64,000 nucleotides of DNA from a bacterium (GTDB taxonomy: Bacteria > UBA8248), in NCBI GenBank assembly GCA_965219955.1, contig OZ244799.1, positions 3,520,001-3,584,000 on the forward strand, given 5' to 3'. The notes below the pieces were generated by a model, which was given only the letters and a program-made list of their open reading frames with translations, did no database searches and was not told the origin of the DNA. The position numbers were made by a program, and so were the translations under genes. Shown in pieces: positions 62,073 through 64,000 of this stretch. Within the stretch, counting starts at the first letter, position 1; each line of letters starts with the position of its first letter.

Positions 62073-63449
62073 TCAATATCTTGCTTCCGCATGTGAGCCT
62101 ATTCCTCTTCGTCGGCTCCAAACCAAGAACCAAACCAGGAGGCATACACCTCCCATAAAATGACTTATCGTCATCGCGCTCCATACGCCGGCGGCTTCGA
62201 ATCCAAAAGGCAAAGCAGCAAAATACGCGAGCGGGATCTGAAAACCCCACCGGATAAAGGCTTCCACAACCATTGGCGGCTTCGTGTTCGCCGCTCCTTG
62301 GAAAGCACCCGCCAACATTCGCCGGACAGCTTCAAACAAAGTGCCGATCGTGAGTATTCGGACACAAACGACGCCAATGTCGATTCCCTCGTTTTTCATT
62401 CCGAAGATCAAGACAATTTCCCTTGCATAAAAATACAAAAGAAACGTTACGCCACACATCATGACAAACAAGCCGGCCATCGAGAGATAGACGCTTTTCA
62501 GCGCCCGATCCGGCCGGTTGGCGCCTACGTTTTGACCCACCATCGTCCGGACGGCGGACTGAATCCCAAAGCCGGGCAATCGCGAAAACGTCCCAAGCCG
62601 ATTTCCAATCGACCATGCGGCTAGTACTACTGGGCCGAACAAAGCCAGAATCTTGAGTAATATGAGAAGGGCGCCGCGTTCGAGCATGTTTTGCGCGGCT
62701 GCGGGCCATCCCAAAAGAATGATGCGGCGCATGGTTTGCGCATGGGGCTTGAGATGAATCCACCTGATACGGAGGCGAGAACGTCCTGATGTCAATATCC
62801 ACAGAACGACCAAAATTCCTATGATGCGACCTATTCCAATGCCAATGGCGGAACCTGGAAGTCCAAACCCCGCAAACGGCCCCAGACCAAAAATCAGGAG
62901 GGGAATGAACGTGATGGACATGAGCGTCGAAATTCCAAGGCCAATTAAAGATTTTCCTGGTTCGCCTGCCGCTTTCAACTTGTGCGAGACCGTGAAAATA
63001 CCGTCCACGAACGCGATAGTGAGAAAAGATGCCTGTAAATACCCAACGCCCACTCGCATCACATTCGCGTCAGAAGTTAAAAGACCAAGCAGATGCGATG
63101 ATAACATATACCCCAGAATGCTGATGGCAATGTAATAGATGCCTGCAAGCAAAAACGCCTGGCCTGCCGCGTGACTCGCTTGTTCAGGTTCTTTCGCTCC
63201 GATTCTCTGAGCCACCAAAGCACTGCCCGCGATCCTGATGCCGAAGCCGACCGCGCGAAAAAAGAAGATGATCATAAAGCTCAAAGAAACCGCAGCCAGA
63301 TACTCGGAACCTAAACGCCCCACCCAAAAGATTTCGACAAGTATATCGGCGTTCCAGGCTATCGGTTCCAGGCACGAGGGAACAGCCAAGCGAAACAGCC
63401 CAAAGCTGATTGAGCCTTTTGTGTAGTCATAGCGCTTCTCGGGTCTCAT
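62073..63449 (-). CDS. MATE family efflux transporter
   Basis: TKGSI..LFRLAVP, VGRLG, VAQRIGA, VGQNVGA. Confidence 0.9.
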   Translation of the reverse strand: MRPEKRYDYTKGSISFGLFRLAVPSCLEPIAWNADILVEIFWVGRLGSEYLAAVSLSFMIIFFFRAVGFGIRIAGSALVAQRIGAKEPEQASHAAGQAFLLAGIYYIAISILGYMLSSHLLGLLTSDANVMRVGVGYLQASFLTIAFVDGIFTVSHKLKAAGEPGKSLIGLGISTLMSITFIPLLIFGLGPFAGFGLPGSAIGIGIGRIIGILVVLWILTSGRSRLRIRWIHLKPHAQTMRRIILLGWPAAAQNMLERGALLILLKILALFGPVVLAAWSIGNRLGTFSRLPGFGIQSAVRTMVGQNVGANRPDRALKSVYLSMAGLFVMMCGVTFLLYFYAREIVLIFGMKNEGIDIGVVCVRILTIGTLFEAVRRMLAGAFQGAANTKPPMVVEAFIRWGFQIPLAYFAALPFGFEAAGVWSAMTISHFMGGVCLLVWFLVWSRRRGIGSHAEARY

Positions 63450-64000
63450 GAGGAATGAAACTCAAAATCTGACGGTGCAGATGACTTGGCCTTTGTTGCC
63501 ATACTTTCCATACGCCGCCGCCAACCAATCGCAAACCACAAGAACAACGCCAAACCACCGATGAGTTGACTCGCCGCCACTGCCCACCAAATTCCCAGCT
63601 CCTGCAATCCCATCCAATCCGCCAGCATGTAGGCGCCCGGCAACTGTACGACCCAGCGAACGATTGCCTCAACGATCATGGGAGGCCTGGTGGATGACGC
63701 TCCTTCAAATATTCCCGCTACTACACGCCTCGTAGCCTCAAACCCAAGGCCTACACACAAAACTTGCAGGCAAATCACCGCGTGGGGCAAGGCGGCGCCT
63801 TTTATCCCGAAAAAAGTAACGACTTCCTCGCTCCAAACAACGAGACCTGTAATGACGACAACCATGATGGAAACAACCGCCCCTAACGTCACCCAAGCAC
63901 TGCGTATGGCCCTCTCAGGTTTTCTCGCACCGATATTTTGACCCACCATCGTACGAACTGCCCCCTGGAGGGAAAATCCGGGCATTCTTCCCATATTGTT
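63446..64000 (-). CDS. Second MATE transporter, C-terminal part (runs off the window)
   Basis: AVRTMVGQNIGA, PPMIVEAIVRW closely parallel the neighbouring MATE. Confidence 0.85.
   Translation of the reverse strand, partial: NNMGRMPGFSLQGAVRTMVGQNIGARKPERAIRSAWVTLGAVVSIMVVVITGLVVWSEEVVTFFGIKGAALPHAVICLQVLCVGLGFEATRRVVAGIFEGASSTRPPMIVEAIVRWVVQLPGAYMLADWMGLQELGIWWAVAASQLIGGLALFLWFAIGWRRRMESMATKAKSSAPSDFEFHSS

Overview
Bacterial chromosomal replication-origin region. Left arm on the minus strand: gyrB-recF-[oriC unwinding site]-dnaA. Right arm on the plus strand: rpmH (missed by the ORF track)-rnpA-yidD-yidC, then a ~10 kb block where jag normally sits, then mnmE-mnmG-IS1380-parS x3-parA-parB-bactofilin. 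Further right are NAD synthesis genes, a mobile-looking hydantoinase/oxoprolinase cassette, and from ~40.7 kb a visibly lower-GC, repeat-free segment carrying a displaced dnaN, tupABC, nadA/nadC, MscS and MATE genes. The most notable items are: (1) a soluble protein at 8087-9178 that appears to fuse a FliG C-terminal (flagellar rotor) domain to two tandem MotA (stator) cytoplasmic domains with the membrane helices removed; (2) an exported thioredoxin with an in-frame UGA in a W-U-G-T-C active site followed directly by a SECIS-like hairpin (selenoprotein, split by the ORF caller); (3) a family of ~15-bp-TIR miniature elements, two with perfect 5-bp target duplications, that carry different REP-like palindrome cargoes; (4) a composition break near 40.7 kb. 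All family assignments come from motif recognition by eye, not database searches. GC and skew statements are visual estimates. No rRNA, tRNA or CRISPR array was seen.
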